Source of the DNA: Patescibacteria group bacterium
GTDB taxonomy: Bacteria; Patescibacteriota; Microgenomatia; Levybacterales; UBA12049
Reading direction: 5' to 3'
DNA: 60,298 bases
Assembly (NCBI GenBank): GCA_038063415.1
Contig: JBBTVD010000009.1
Location: forward strand, 81,430 to 141,727
Part shown: positions 37,299 through 45,113 of the stretch, one piece after another
Position numbering within the stretch: the stretch's first letter is position 1
How the letters are laid out: every line of letters begins with the position of its first letter
The notes under the pieces: generated by a model
Databases searched by the model: none
Told to the model about the DNA's origin: nothing
Seen by the model: the letters and a program-made list of their open reading frames with translations, nothing else
Translations under genes and position numbers: made by a program

Positions 37299-37302
37299 AG
37301 TA

Positions 37303-37725
37303 TTATCTTAATAATCGTAAATTACCTGTTAGGCTGGTCACTAGTTTTGTTGGTCCTGCAAAAGCAATTCCTAAGAATGTTAACTCATCCAGCGTTTTGT
37401 CTTTGAGCTTTTCTTTATAATCAGCATACTCTTTTGATTTTTGAGCAACATCAGTAACGTCCACTGTGAATAAATCATCTTTATATTGCAAACTTTTCTT
37501 TTTTAATTCTCTGAGTCCATCCGTATTTTTTTTCAAGATGGGTACAGGTTGGCCAGTAAGTCCTGCGTGAACAATACCCTCTTTGTCTGTCAGGTCTTCA
37601 CCAATAAAATCTTTGACCTCTTTTCCCAAGCTTAACGCAAGCACGGCCGCTGTATTTGCTATCAGACCAAGCGGAAGTGCTTCATCAATAACCATAACGA
37701 TTTTAAAATCTTTTGTTGTTTGCAT
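37303..37725 (-). CDS. DUF2000 domain protein (PTH2-like fold family)
   Basis: 140 aa. KIVMVIDEALPLGLIANTAAVLALSLG matches my recollection of DUF2000. Sits between pheS and pheT. Confidence 0.55.
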   Translation of the reverse strand: MQTTKDFKIVMVIDEALPLGLIANTAAVLALSLGKEVKDFIGEDLTDKEGIVHAGLTGQPVPILKKNTDGLRELKKKSLQYKDDLFTVDVTDVAQKSKEYADYKEKLKDKTLDELTFLGIAFAGPTKLVTSLTGNLRLLR

Positions 37726-37733
37726 AATAATTA

Positions 37734-38786
37734 TTAGAACTGTTTGAGAAAATCTAAATCATTCCCATACAGTGTTCGTAAATCGTCAATTTGAATACCC
37801 TCTTTCATCATGAGTACCCGTTCTACTCCCCAACCGGAGGCAAAACCTGAGTATTTTGTGGGATCAATGCCTCCTGCACGAAGGACATTTGGATGGATCA
37901 TTCCCGCTCCTCCAAGCTCAAGCCATCCTTCTTTACACAAACGGCACTTTTCGTTGTTTGTAAGCCATCCTGTGCCATTACAGACCGCACATGAGACGTC
38001 TGTCTCAAAGGATGGTTCAGTAAATCGGAAATCGTACGGACGGATACGTGATTTTCTGTTGGGGCCAAAGTACGACTTTACAAAGTATTCAAGCGTTCCT
38101 TTGAGATGGGCAATGGAGATATTCTTATCAATAACCATCGTTTCGAACTGGTGAAAGACTGGGGTGTGTGAGACATCCATCTGACGGCGGTAAACTTTGG
38201 CAATATTGAGCATTCTAATTGGAAGTTCAGATTGCTCCATATGCTGGACTTGACCGGTTGAGGTATGGACATTGAGCATCATGCGGCCCTTTGCTTTGTT
38301 TGGTGTGGCGTCGATATAAAACGTTTCCAGATCATCGCGTGCTGGATGGTTCTCTGGGAAGTTAAGCGCAGTGAAGTTATACCAATCCCAGCTGATCTCT
38401 GGATAGCGTACTCTCTGTAGGCCAATCCGACTAAAAATCTCAGTAATTTCCCTGATTGCTTGCGTAGTCAGATGGAGACTGCCGAGTGGAGGTTTGAGAC
38501 CAGGTTCAGTAACATCAATTTTTTGACGATTTTGTTTGCTTTTCGAGTTTAATTCTTTTTTCCTCTGTGCAACAGTATCTTCGATGATCATCTTTACTTC
38601 ATTTGCCAGTCTTCCGACAGATGGCTTTTCTTCCTTACTCAGTGTGGGAAGCTGTCTCAGGAGTGTCGTGAGTGACCCACTTCTTCCCATAAGCTGCAAG
38701 GATAATTCTTCCAGTTCCTTAAGAGAACCAGCCTGTGAGATGAGATAGATAGCGTTATTTTTGAGTGAAAGAAGTTCTTCTTGCAT
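37734..38786 (-). CDS. pheS: phenylalanyl-tRNA synthetase alpha subunit
   Basis: 350 aa with FRFTEPSFE and GWLELGGAGMIHPNVL class II motifs. Confidence 0.9.
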   Translation of the reverse strand: MQEELLSLKNNAIYLISQAGSLKELEELSLQLMGRSGSLTTLLRQLPTLSKEEKPSVGRLANEVKMIIEDTVAQRKKELNSKSKQNRQKIDVTEPGLKPPLGSLHLTTQAIREITEIFSRIGLQRVRYPEISWDWYNFTALNFPENHPARDDLETFYIDATPNKAKGRMMLNVHTSTGQVQHMEQSELPIRMLNIAKVYRRQMDVSHTPVFHQFETMVIDKNISIAHLKGTLEYFVKSYFGPNRKSRIRPYDFRFTEPSFETDVSCAVCNGTGWLTNNEKCRLCKEGWLELGGAGMIHPNVLRAGGIDPTKYSGFASGWGVERVLMMKEGIQIDDLRTLYGNDLDFLKQF

Positions 38787-38812
38787 ATTACATTATATTT
38801 GCGCATTCCTGC

Positions 38813-38876
38813 GTCATTCTGGCTTGTCCAGAATCAGATGATTAGATCCTGGATGCGTTTCACTTACCAGGATGAC
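38813..38876. repeat. hairpin-pair repeat, copy K (best-preserved unit)
   Basis: gtc-attctggCTTGTccagaat...atcctggATGCGTTTCACTTAccaggat-gac, between the aminotransferase stop and the pheS start. Confidence 0.85.
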
Positions 38877-38889
38877 GTTAATAAGTACA

Positions 38890-40047
38890 TTATAATACAA
38901 ATCGTTTGATTCTTGTTACTGCTTCACGTAAATCTGCCTCTGATGCAGCAAAGCTCATACGTACATATCCCGGAGCAAGAAATGCTTCACCAGGTACGAC
39001 AGCTACTTTTTCTTGTTCAAGGAGGGCTTCACACCATGCAATAGAGGTGGGATACTTTTTGTTTAAGACTTTTTCGATAGAAATGAAGGCGTAGAACGCT
39101 CCCTCTGCTGGTGTCACACCCAGTCCTGGGATTGCCTGTAACAGTGGGAACAACATATTTCTTCTTTTGGTAAATTCCTCAACATATCTCTGTGGCTCAT
39201 CTTGGTTGCCGTTGAGTGCTTCAATGCCTGCCATTTGTGCAATAGACGAGGTGCAGCTTACCATTTGGCTTTGTAAGGCTTTCATGCCATTCATTATTTC
39301 TTGTGGCCCTGCCGCATAGCCAATCCTCCATCCTGTCATCGAGTACGTTTTCGAAAATCCGTTGGATGTAATCGTCCGTGCTTTGATATCCCCCCCCAGT
39401 GAAGCTATTGATGTATGTGGAGCAGTATGAACAATCTTTTCATAAATTTCATCGCTCAGTATCCAAAAGTCATGCTTTACGGCTAATTCTGCAATTTTTT
39501 CTAGCTCATCTCTGTCAATCATTGCACCAGTTGGATTAGATGGGGTATTGAGAAGGAGAGCTTTTGTTCTTTTGGTTATTGCTTGTGCCACGTCAGCTGC
39601 CGTGAGTTTAAATGGAGGACGCAAGGAAATAAAGACTGGTATTCCTCCAGCGAGTTTTACCTGTTCAGAAAACGTTGTCCAGGTAGGCGTTGCGATAAGT
39701 ACTTCGTCACCTGGGTTAATCAACACTTGAAAGGCATTATACAGTACTTCTTTACTACTTGGTCCGACAACAATTTGTGAAGGTGTATAGTCAATATGAT
39801 TATCTGTAGCAAGCTTCTTGGCAATTACTTCTCGAAGTGGAAGAATTCCTTCAGGAGCAGTATAGTAGGTGAAATTATCGTTAATTGCTTTAATTGCTGC
39901 ATCTTTGATATTTTGTGGTGTTGGAAAATCCGGTTCTCCGACTCCTGCATTAATGATTGGGATGCCCTTTTGCTTTAATGCCTTTGCTCTGACATCAACT
40001 GCTACGGTCGCAGAAGGTTCTAATTGTAGTATTCGTTTTGCTAGCAT
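38890..40047 (-). CDS. class I pyridoxal-phosphate aminotransferase (aspartate/aromatic)
   Basis: 385 aa with SKTYSMTGWRIGY (PLP lysine motif). Confidence 0.85.
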   Translation of the reverse strand: MLAKRILQLEPSATVAVDVRAKALKQKGIPIINAGVGEPDFPTPQNIKDAAIKAINDNFTYYTAPEGILPLREVIAKKLATDNHIDYTPSQIVVGPSSKEVLYNAFQVLINPGDEVLIATPTWTTFSEQVKLAGGIPVFISLRPPFKLTAADVAQAITKRTKALLLNTPSNPTGAMIDRDELEKIAELAVKHDFWILSDEIYEKIVHTAPHTSIASLGGDIKARTITSNGFSKTYSMTGWRIGYAAGPQEIMNGMKALQSQMVSCTSSIAQMAGIEALNGNQDEPQRYVEEFTKRRNMLFPLLQAIPGLGVTPAEGAFYAFISIEKVLNKKYPTSIAWCEALLEQEKVAVVPGEAFLAPGYVRMSFAASEADLREAVTRIKRFVL

Positions 40048-40056
40048 ATTTTGTGA

Positions 40057-41427
40057 TTATATCCTCTTTACCAGGAGAAAACTAGTATAATTCTCCGTGA
40101 GATCTTGCAAGTTTTCTTCAATTTTTTGTAAATCATAGATATCCGCAAGAATTTTACTCCCCAACGTTGCGATATGTTTGGGTAACTTCCCTTCGGCAAT
40201 ATGTTTGGCGACAAGGGCTGTATCAATAAGCTCTCCTTCCCCTGACGTTAATTCTAAATGAGGATATTTTTTCGCAAGGGTTTCTTTGCATTGTGCTAGT
40301 ACCTGTGGATGGCACATGATCGTTGTAACTTCCTCAAAAGGGATATCTTTTCGAGTCATTAACGTATGGGAGATAATGATCGCAAATTCCTCGATAATTG
40401 CAAATTTATGCCTGGCCATTGCCTCAACACTTTCCATAACGATGCCTCCTGTAGCATTGTGCATTGCAAATACTCCTTGGTCGATATTCCCTTCATGAAG
40501 TTCCCGTAGGACATTTTCTGTTGTGTAAAGATAGGTAATTTCTGCATTGACGATGTTATGTTGCTTAAGATAGTCTTCGATAGCTTCTTCATTAAAACTT
40601 CCTATGCCACCTTGGATACCTATGGTGAGTTTAGCTTTGTCGATACGTTCTGGAATCAGTTTATTAAAGAGTCCATCATAAATCTCTCCAAACTTTACCC
40701 GCATTTGCTTGGTGTAGGGATTATAATGCTGCATATCGGTAAAGAGTTCCCAGGTGTCATTGCATACCTGTTCTTTGACTTGCAGTAATCGTTTGGTACC
40801 CAGTGAGTCAATTGGTGTTTCTTTTAGCTTATACTCTCCGAGCATTCTTCCAATAAAGTGTGTCAGCCCAAGTGAATTTGCGGAAAGATGATCATGTTCT
40901 TCTGCTGACATTTCGATTACTTGGAGCTGTTTTGCCACAAAGTATTCTTTCCAAAAAGCATAGGTTCTCTCATTTGTACGGAATTGCTCGATGATGATCG
41001 GAAGCTCCTCAAATCCATCTTTGCTACTATCTGGACCAAACATTGGATGGGTGAGGAGTGCCTGTGTTTTTTTATTTTTTAGTATGTGAGTAAACACTTT
41101 TTTGGGATGGCACTTTACCGTAAGGACATCAATCAGTACATGATGATCAGTAATGTATGTCTCATGTTCTTTGAGGACTTCTTCGAAAGCAGACATAGGG
41201 ACAGCATAAAAGATAGTATCATTTTGATAGGCAGCGGTGAGACTATCGGTGAAGTTTATTTTAGATATGTCATGCTGAACTTGTTTCAGCATCTTTTCTT
41301 TTGATGCTTGAGTTCCCGAAACAAGTTCGGGATGACGAGTATAAATGGTAATCTCAAAATCATCTTGCAACAGACGAACCAACGTCTGTCCAAATCTTCC
41401 ATAACCGATGATTGTTATCTTTTTCAT
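40057..41427 (-). CDS. fused prephenate dehydrogenase (TyrA-like N-terminus) / prephenate dehydratase (PheA-like C-terminus), with an internal repeat-derived segment
   Basis: Rossmann KITIIGYGRFGQT. C-terminal half LTIGIQGGIGSFNEEA ... ENYTSFLLV (TRF-like). Repeat copy L encodes RHPELVSGTQASKEKMLKQVQHD. Confidence 0.7.
   Translation of the reverse strand: MKKITIIGYGRFGQTLVRLLQDDFEITIYTRHPELVSGTQASKEKMLKQVQHDISKINFTDSLTAAYQNDTIFYAVPMSAFEEVLKEHETYITDHHVLIDVLTVKCHPKKVFTHILKNKKTQALLTHPMFGPDSSKDGFEELPIIIEQFRTNERTYAFWKEYFVAKQLQVIEMSAEEHDHLSANSLGLTHFIGRMLGEYKLKETPIDSLGTKRLLQVKEQVCNDTWELFTDMQHYNPYTKQMRVKFGEIYDGLFNKLIPERIDKAKLTIGIQGGIGSFNEEAIEDYLKQHNIVNAEITYLYTTENVLRELHEGNIDQGVFAMHNATGGIVMESVEAMARHKFAIIEEFAIIISHTLMTRKDIPFEEVTTIMCHPQVLAQCKETLAKKYPHLELTSGEGELIDTALVAKHIAEGKLPKHIATLGSKILADIYDLQKIEENLQDLTENYTSFLLVKRI
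41269..41336. repeat. hairpin-pair repeat, copy L (inside the tyrA-pheA fusion)
   Basis: gtc-atgctgaACTTGTttcagcat...tcccgaaACAAGttcggga-tgac. Confidence 0.8.
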
Positions 41428-41711
41428 ACTTTTTCTTCGTGAAGGAGTGCATGGTGGTGAATTGTTTCATAAATATCACGAATCATGTCTTCTGAAAGCT
41501 TATGTTTCTTTGCCATTGCCAAACGCTTTTCCATAACTTGTTTCCAGCGTTTGGGATCGAGTGGTTGGATGTTTCGTTCCTTTTTGTATTTACCGATGTG
41601 TGCAATGGAGACCATACGCGCAGCAAGCAGATCAATGATTTGATCATCAATCTTGTCAAGTTGCTTTCGCCAGCCATCAATGTCTTCTGATTTTACTTTT
41701 TTAGTATTCAT
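41424..41711 (-). CDS. chorismate mutase (AroQ type)
   Basis: 95 aa from MNTKKVKSEDIDGWRKQLDKIDDQIIDLLAARM. The upstream 48 codons of the longer ORF are repeat copy M, so the start was reset to 41711. Confidence 0.7.
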   Translation of the reverse strand: MNTKKVKSEDIDGWRKQLDKIDDQIIDLLAARMVSIAHIGKYKKERNIQPLDPKRWKQVMEKRLAMAKKHKLSEDMIRDIYETIHHHALLHEEKV

Positions 41712-41723
41712 AATAATAAATGC

Positions 41724-41807
41724 GTCATTCTGGCTTGTCCACTCCGATTTAATCGGAGTCCAGAATCTATAATAAGATCCTGGATGCGCTTCGCTTACCA
41801 GGATGAC
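41724..41807. repeat. hairpin-pair repeat, copy M, with a nested extra hairpin
   Basis: As copy K, but the loop of hairpin 1 contains actccgaTTTAAtcggagt. Confidence 0.8.
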
Positions 41808-41814
41808 GTATACG

Positions 41815-42780
41815 TTAGGCCGCTTCTTTTGGTTTCCGTAACGTTCTGAAACCACTTAGTTCCTTAACGAGATGCTTTAACTCAGCAATACTGAGATGTT
41901 CACCAAAGTCTACTGGTGAGGAACTTCCTGCTTCCATCATGATGCCGTCGTACAGGAACTCATCCCCCACCTTCATTTTGGCAGACGCAATAACTTCATT
42001 AACAATCGTATGTCGCATGACTGGTCCGATACAATGTGTAGCATCAAAGAAGAGTTTTGCGTTTTTTGGAAGCTTCCGTTTTAAACGTCGCATAATTTCA
42101 TGCACCAACGCATTGCGATAGTCTCCTCTTCCCGGGACATCAACCCCACGATGAATAACGACAAGCTCGCCAGGTATCTCCTGGACATACGTTGTGAGCC
42201 CGAGGAGTACTTTCTCCAGTGACGTTTCTCCCTTATAGTCAGGATGGTTTGCCACTTCGAGTGGATCTTTGCCGAGGAATTTGCCATGCTTAATGCCTAC
42301 GTCCCAGCCATTTTTTCGTGCAAACTCAGCAAGCTCCAAGACATTCCATCCCAACTGCTCTACAGCAGGATTCCAAATCATGACATTGCCAGCAAGAGCC
42401 TTTTTCTTTTCCCAATACGGAAGTTGTAGATGTGGAATCATAATTTCTGTTGAGATAAGAAGCCCGGTAGCTTTTGCAATCTTTTCAGCAAGTTCGACAC
42501 TTGGCATCTTTACATTCATCCTGTCAGATGCAGGGAGATTCATCGCTTGTTGCATAGCTTGGGAATCCAACCCCATGCCATCTCCCGTGAAATCAAGCGC
42601 TGTTCGTGATTTGAGTCCGACAACCCGTGTGCCATAAATAGCTCGTTTGCCATCAGGTGTGGTAATGTTTGCCGTTTCGTTTATTACTTCCTGCGCATTC
42701 TCGGGTGTAATCGAACATGGTCCAGCAATGATTGTTAGGTCGTATTTTTTGTGTTGTTTATTATTCATAAGCTTGTTCAA
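41815..42780 (-). CDS. DAHP synthase / KDO8P synthase family (class I-beta) enzyme, probably DAHP synthase
   Basis: 321 aa with LTIIAGPCS and FDATHC. Context of chorismate mutase and tyrA/pheA favours DAHP synthase. Confidence 0.55.
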   Translation of the reverse strand: MNKLMNNKQHKKYDLTIIAGPCSITPENAQEVINETANITTPDGKRAIYGTRVVGLKSRTALDFTGDGMGLDSQAMQQAMNLPASDRMNVKMPSVELAEKIAKATGLLISTEIMIPHLQLPYWEKKKALAGNVMIWNPAVEQLGWNVLELAEFARKNGWDVGIKHGKFLGKDPLEVANHPDYKGETSLEKVLLGLTTYVQEIPGELVVIHRGVDVPGRGDYRNALVHEIMRRLKRKLPKNAKLFFDATHCIGPVMRHTIVNEVIASAKMKVGDEFLYDGIMMEAGSSSPVDFGEHLSIAELKHLVKELSGFRTLRKPKEAA

Positions 42781-43660
42781 GATATTCAGTTATCTTCTCC
42801 ATTTTTTGATCACGCAGCTGTTTTTGATATGCCATAATTGATTCTTTTGTCGGTAATGCTGATGCATTTCCAAGCTTCGTACAATGCAGTCCTGCGACCA
42901 TATTGGCAAAGGCTACTGCTTTTGGTATGTTCCATTGGTGTACGATACCATAAGCAAAGGCTCCTCGATAGACATCTCCTGCTCCTTGTACGTCGATCGC
43001 TTGTACTGGGATTGCTGGAATAACTTCAGGTACACCCTTTTCTAGAATGATACTGCCGAGTGCTCCAGCTGTAATGATGATTGGCTTACTAGTATATGTT
43101 TGCAGTTGCCTCAATGCTTGTACCAGATCTTTTTGCTTACTTAATTTGAGTACTGATTCGATTGGAATAATCGGATAGTCTGCATATTTTATCATATCCA
43201 GTGTGAAAGCAGAGATCTCGGTTGACGGATCAATAAGGATCTTGGCTGTTGGATTCTTCTTCTTAAGCACTTCATAGAATGCCTCATGTTCGTGTCTATC
43301 GATAATAATAAGATCAAATGTCTGTATGAAGGATTCTTCAAGATTACTGATTGGGGCATGTTTTATATTGCCACGAACTTTCTTTCGTGATCCATTCTGA
43401 GGATTAATATGGTAGGTGTTTACCTTTGTCTTTTTTGCAGGTGAAACGATAATGCGTACCCCTTCTTTGATAAGTGTTTGTTTGATCTGTTGACCTTCAG
43501 GATCGTTGCCTAGGGTTGTCATCATTGTTGTCTCTATTCCGAGTCTTGCCAAAAGCATCAATGCTATTGGGGAAGGTCCTCCAACATGGTTGGTTACCTT
43601 ATCGCTTGTGGCAATGTATGCTGTGTCTATGACTGATTCCCCGATTCCTAAGATTTTCAT
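42761..43660 (-). CDS. PfkB-family carbohydrate/nucleoside kinase
   Basis: 299 aa with VQGAGDVYRGAFAYG (PfkB signature 2). Confidence 0.7.
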   Translation of the reverse strand: MKILGIGESVIDTAYIATSDKVTNHVGGPSPIALMLLARLGIETTMMTTLGNDPEGQQIKQTLIKEGVRIIVSPAKKTKVNTYHINPQNGSRKKVRGNIKHAPISNLEESFIQTFDLIIIDRHEHEAFYEVLKKKNPTAKILIDPSTEISAFTLDMIKYADYPIIPIESVLKLSKQKDLVQALRQLQTYTSKPIIITAGALGSIILEKGVPEVIPAIPVQAIDVQGAGDVYRGAFAYGIVHQWNIPKAVAFANMVAGLHCTKLGNASALPTKESIMAYQKQLRDQKMEKITEYLEQAYE

Positions 43661-43671
43661 AATATATTGCT

Positions 43672-43847
43672 GTCATCCTGACCGAAGTGGAAGGATCTCT
43701 TTTCTGTCATTCCCGCGAAGGCGGGAATCTAATTATATTGATCCCCGGGTCAAGCCCGAGGATGACAGTTCTGTTTATGAGATTCTTCGACTACACGTTC
43801 TCCCGATTAAATCGAGATTCCTTCCGCTCAGAATGACATGGAACTTT
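43672..43847. repeat. composite cluster of about three hairpin-repeat units, copy N
   Basis: gtcatcctgaccgaagtggaaggat; gtc-attcccgcGAAGgcgggaat...atccccgggTCAAGcccgaggat-gac; ...ctcccgattaaatcgag...cagaatgac. Confidence 0.75.
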
Positions 43848-43853
43848 TTCCAT

Positions 43854-43877
43854 AAAAAAACCTCCCTTGTTGGGAGG
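43854..43877 (-). terminator. intrinsic terminator of the thrS-infC-rpmI-rplT operon
   Basis: Minus strand CCUCCCAACAAGGGAGG followed by 7 U. Confidence 0.6.
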
Positions 43878-43995
43878 CGTCGTGTGGTTTTACCCGTGCT
43901 GGTGAGTTCTTAGCTCAACAACGACTCCTCCCCGGAGGGAGTAAAGTAAAACCAGAAATAGTTGTTTGCCAATTGCTTCATGTATAAATATCTTA

Positions 43996-44346
43996 CTAGC
44001 TTTTTTTAACGGTGTCAACGATATGTTTGAACGCTGCTGGATCTTCAACAATCAATTTACTCATAATCTTTCGGTCAATAGTGATATTTGCTTTTTTGAG
44101 GAGATCGATAAATTTACTGTAAGAAATACCTTCCTTTTTGACTGCTTCACCAATTCTAGTAATCCAAAGTGTTCGGAAATCTCCTTTACGAAGCTTTCGG
44201 CCGTGGTATGCGTATTGTCCAGCATGAAGTGCTGCTTCTTTTGCAACCTTGACCAATTTACTTTTGGTACCTCGGTATCCCTTTGTCAGAGATAAGAGTT
44301 TATTGTGTTTTCGTCGTGATACGGTTCCCCGTGTTACTCTTGCCAT
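43996..44346 (-). CDS. rplT: 50S ribosomal protein L20
   Basis: MARVTRGTVSRRKHNKLLSLTKGYRG. Confidence 0.9.
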   Translation of the reverse strand: MARVTRGTVSRRKHNKLLSLTKGYRGTKSKLVKVAKEAALHAGQYAYHGRKLRKGDFRTLWITRIGEAVKKEGISYSKFIDLLKKANITIDRKIMSKLIVEDPAAFKHIVDTVKKS

Positions 44347-44347
44347 A

Positions 44348-44551
44348 TTATTTTACTCCCAACAATCTTTTAATCTTTTTTGCGAATCCGCCTTTTAGTT
44401 GTCCTGGTTCATTAAGACGTCGGATTCTTCGCTTTGATTTCTTAAGCATCAAATGCCCACCGTATTGGTGTTCAAACATTACTTTACCAGTTTTAGTAAC
44501 TTTAAATCGTCTTGAGACTGATTTTCTAATTTTCTGTTTTACTTTCTTCAT
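44348..44551 (-). CDS. rpmI: 50S ribosomal protein L35
   Basis: MKKVKQKIRKSVSRRFKVTKTGKV. Start reset from 44602. Confidence 0.85.
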   Translation of the reverse strand: MKKVKQKIRKSVSRRFKVTKTGKVMFEHQYGGHLMLKKSKRRIRRLNEPGQLKGGFAKKIKRLLGVK

Positions 44552-45113
44552 GTTTTTTACCTTTCTCAACCGATAGGAGAGAAACCATTTGTTTTCCTTC
44601 AAGTCGTGGTTCTCGATCTACCTTTGAGATATCACTCAAACTTTCAATAACCTTTTGAATTACTTGCTTTCCAAATTCCGAGCGAGTAATTTGTCTGCCT
44701 CGAAACTTGACTACCAAACGTAATTTATCTCCGTCTTCAAGAAATTCCCGTCCTCGTCTGATCATTACCTGAAGGTCATTATCAGACATAAAGGGCCCCA
44801 GACGTACTTCTTTTGTTTCGGAAACTTTTGCCTTTCGTTTCTCTTCTCGCTTCTTCTTCTGCTGTTGATAGAGAAACTTCTTAAAATCAATAATTTTGGC
44901 TACAGGAGGTTTGGCCAGTGGAGCAATTTCCACCAAATCAAGACCTTGTTCTTCAGCTAGCTTTAGGGCTTCACTCCGCGTGAGCACTCCTACTTGCTTA
45001 CCTTCATTATCAAGTATTCGCAGTTCCCCCGCAAAAATGCGTTGATTAATGCGATATCTTTTGTCCTGTTGATCTCGATTGAATCGAGACTTTTTGTTAC
45101 CTTTTCTTATCAA
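44526..45113 (-). CDS. infC: translation initiation factor IF-3
   Basis: INQRIFAGELRILDNEGKQVGVL. Non-ATG start (TTG at 45113, followed by ATA), as is usual for infC. Confidence 0.85.
   Translation of the reverse strand: MIRKGNKKSRFNRDQQDKRYRINQRIFAGELRILDNEGKQVGVLTRSEALKLAEEQGLDLVEIAPLAKPPVAKIIDFKKFLYQQQKKKREEKRKAKVSETKEVRLGPFMSDNDLQVMIRRGREFLEDGDKLRLVVKFRGRQITRSEFGKQVIQKVIESLSDISKVDREPRLEGKQMVSLLSVEKGKKHEESKTEN

Noticed and set aside
41712-41855. N-terminal 48-codon extension of the chorismate mutase ORF
   Set aside because: The extension is the translation of repeat copy M and overlaps the upstream gene's stop. The AroQ-like sequence begins at the internal Met (41711).
43506-43913. 135-aa plus-strand ORF
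   Set aside because: It starts antisense to the PfkB kinase gene and then reads through repeat cluster N (CHPDRSGRISFLSFPRRRES...PRVKPEDD). It has no independent coding signal.
43878-43995. SRP (4.5S) RNA downstream of rplT
   Set aside because: CCGGGGAGGAG is only superficially like the SRP domain IV CCGGAAGGAAGCAGC. I could not build the GNRA tetraloop or the conserved symmetric/asymmetric loops.
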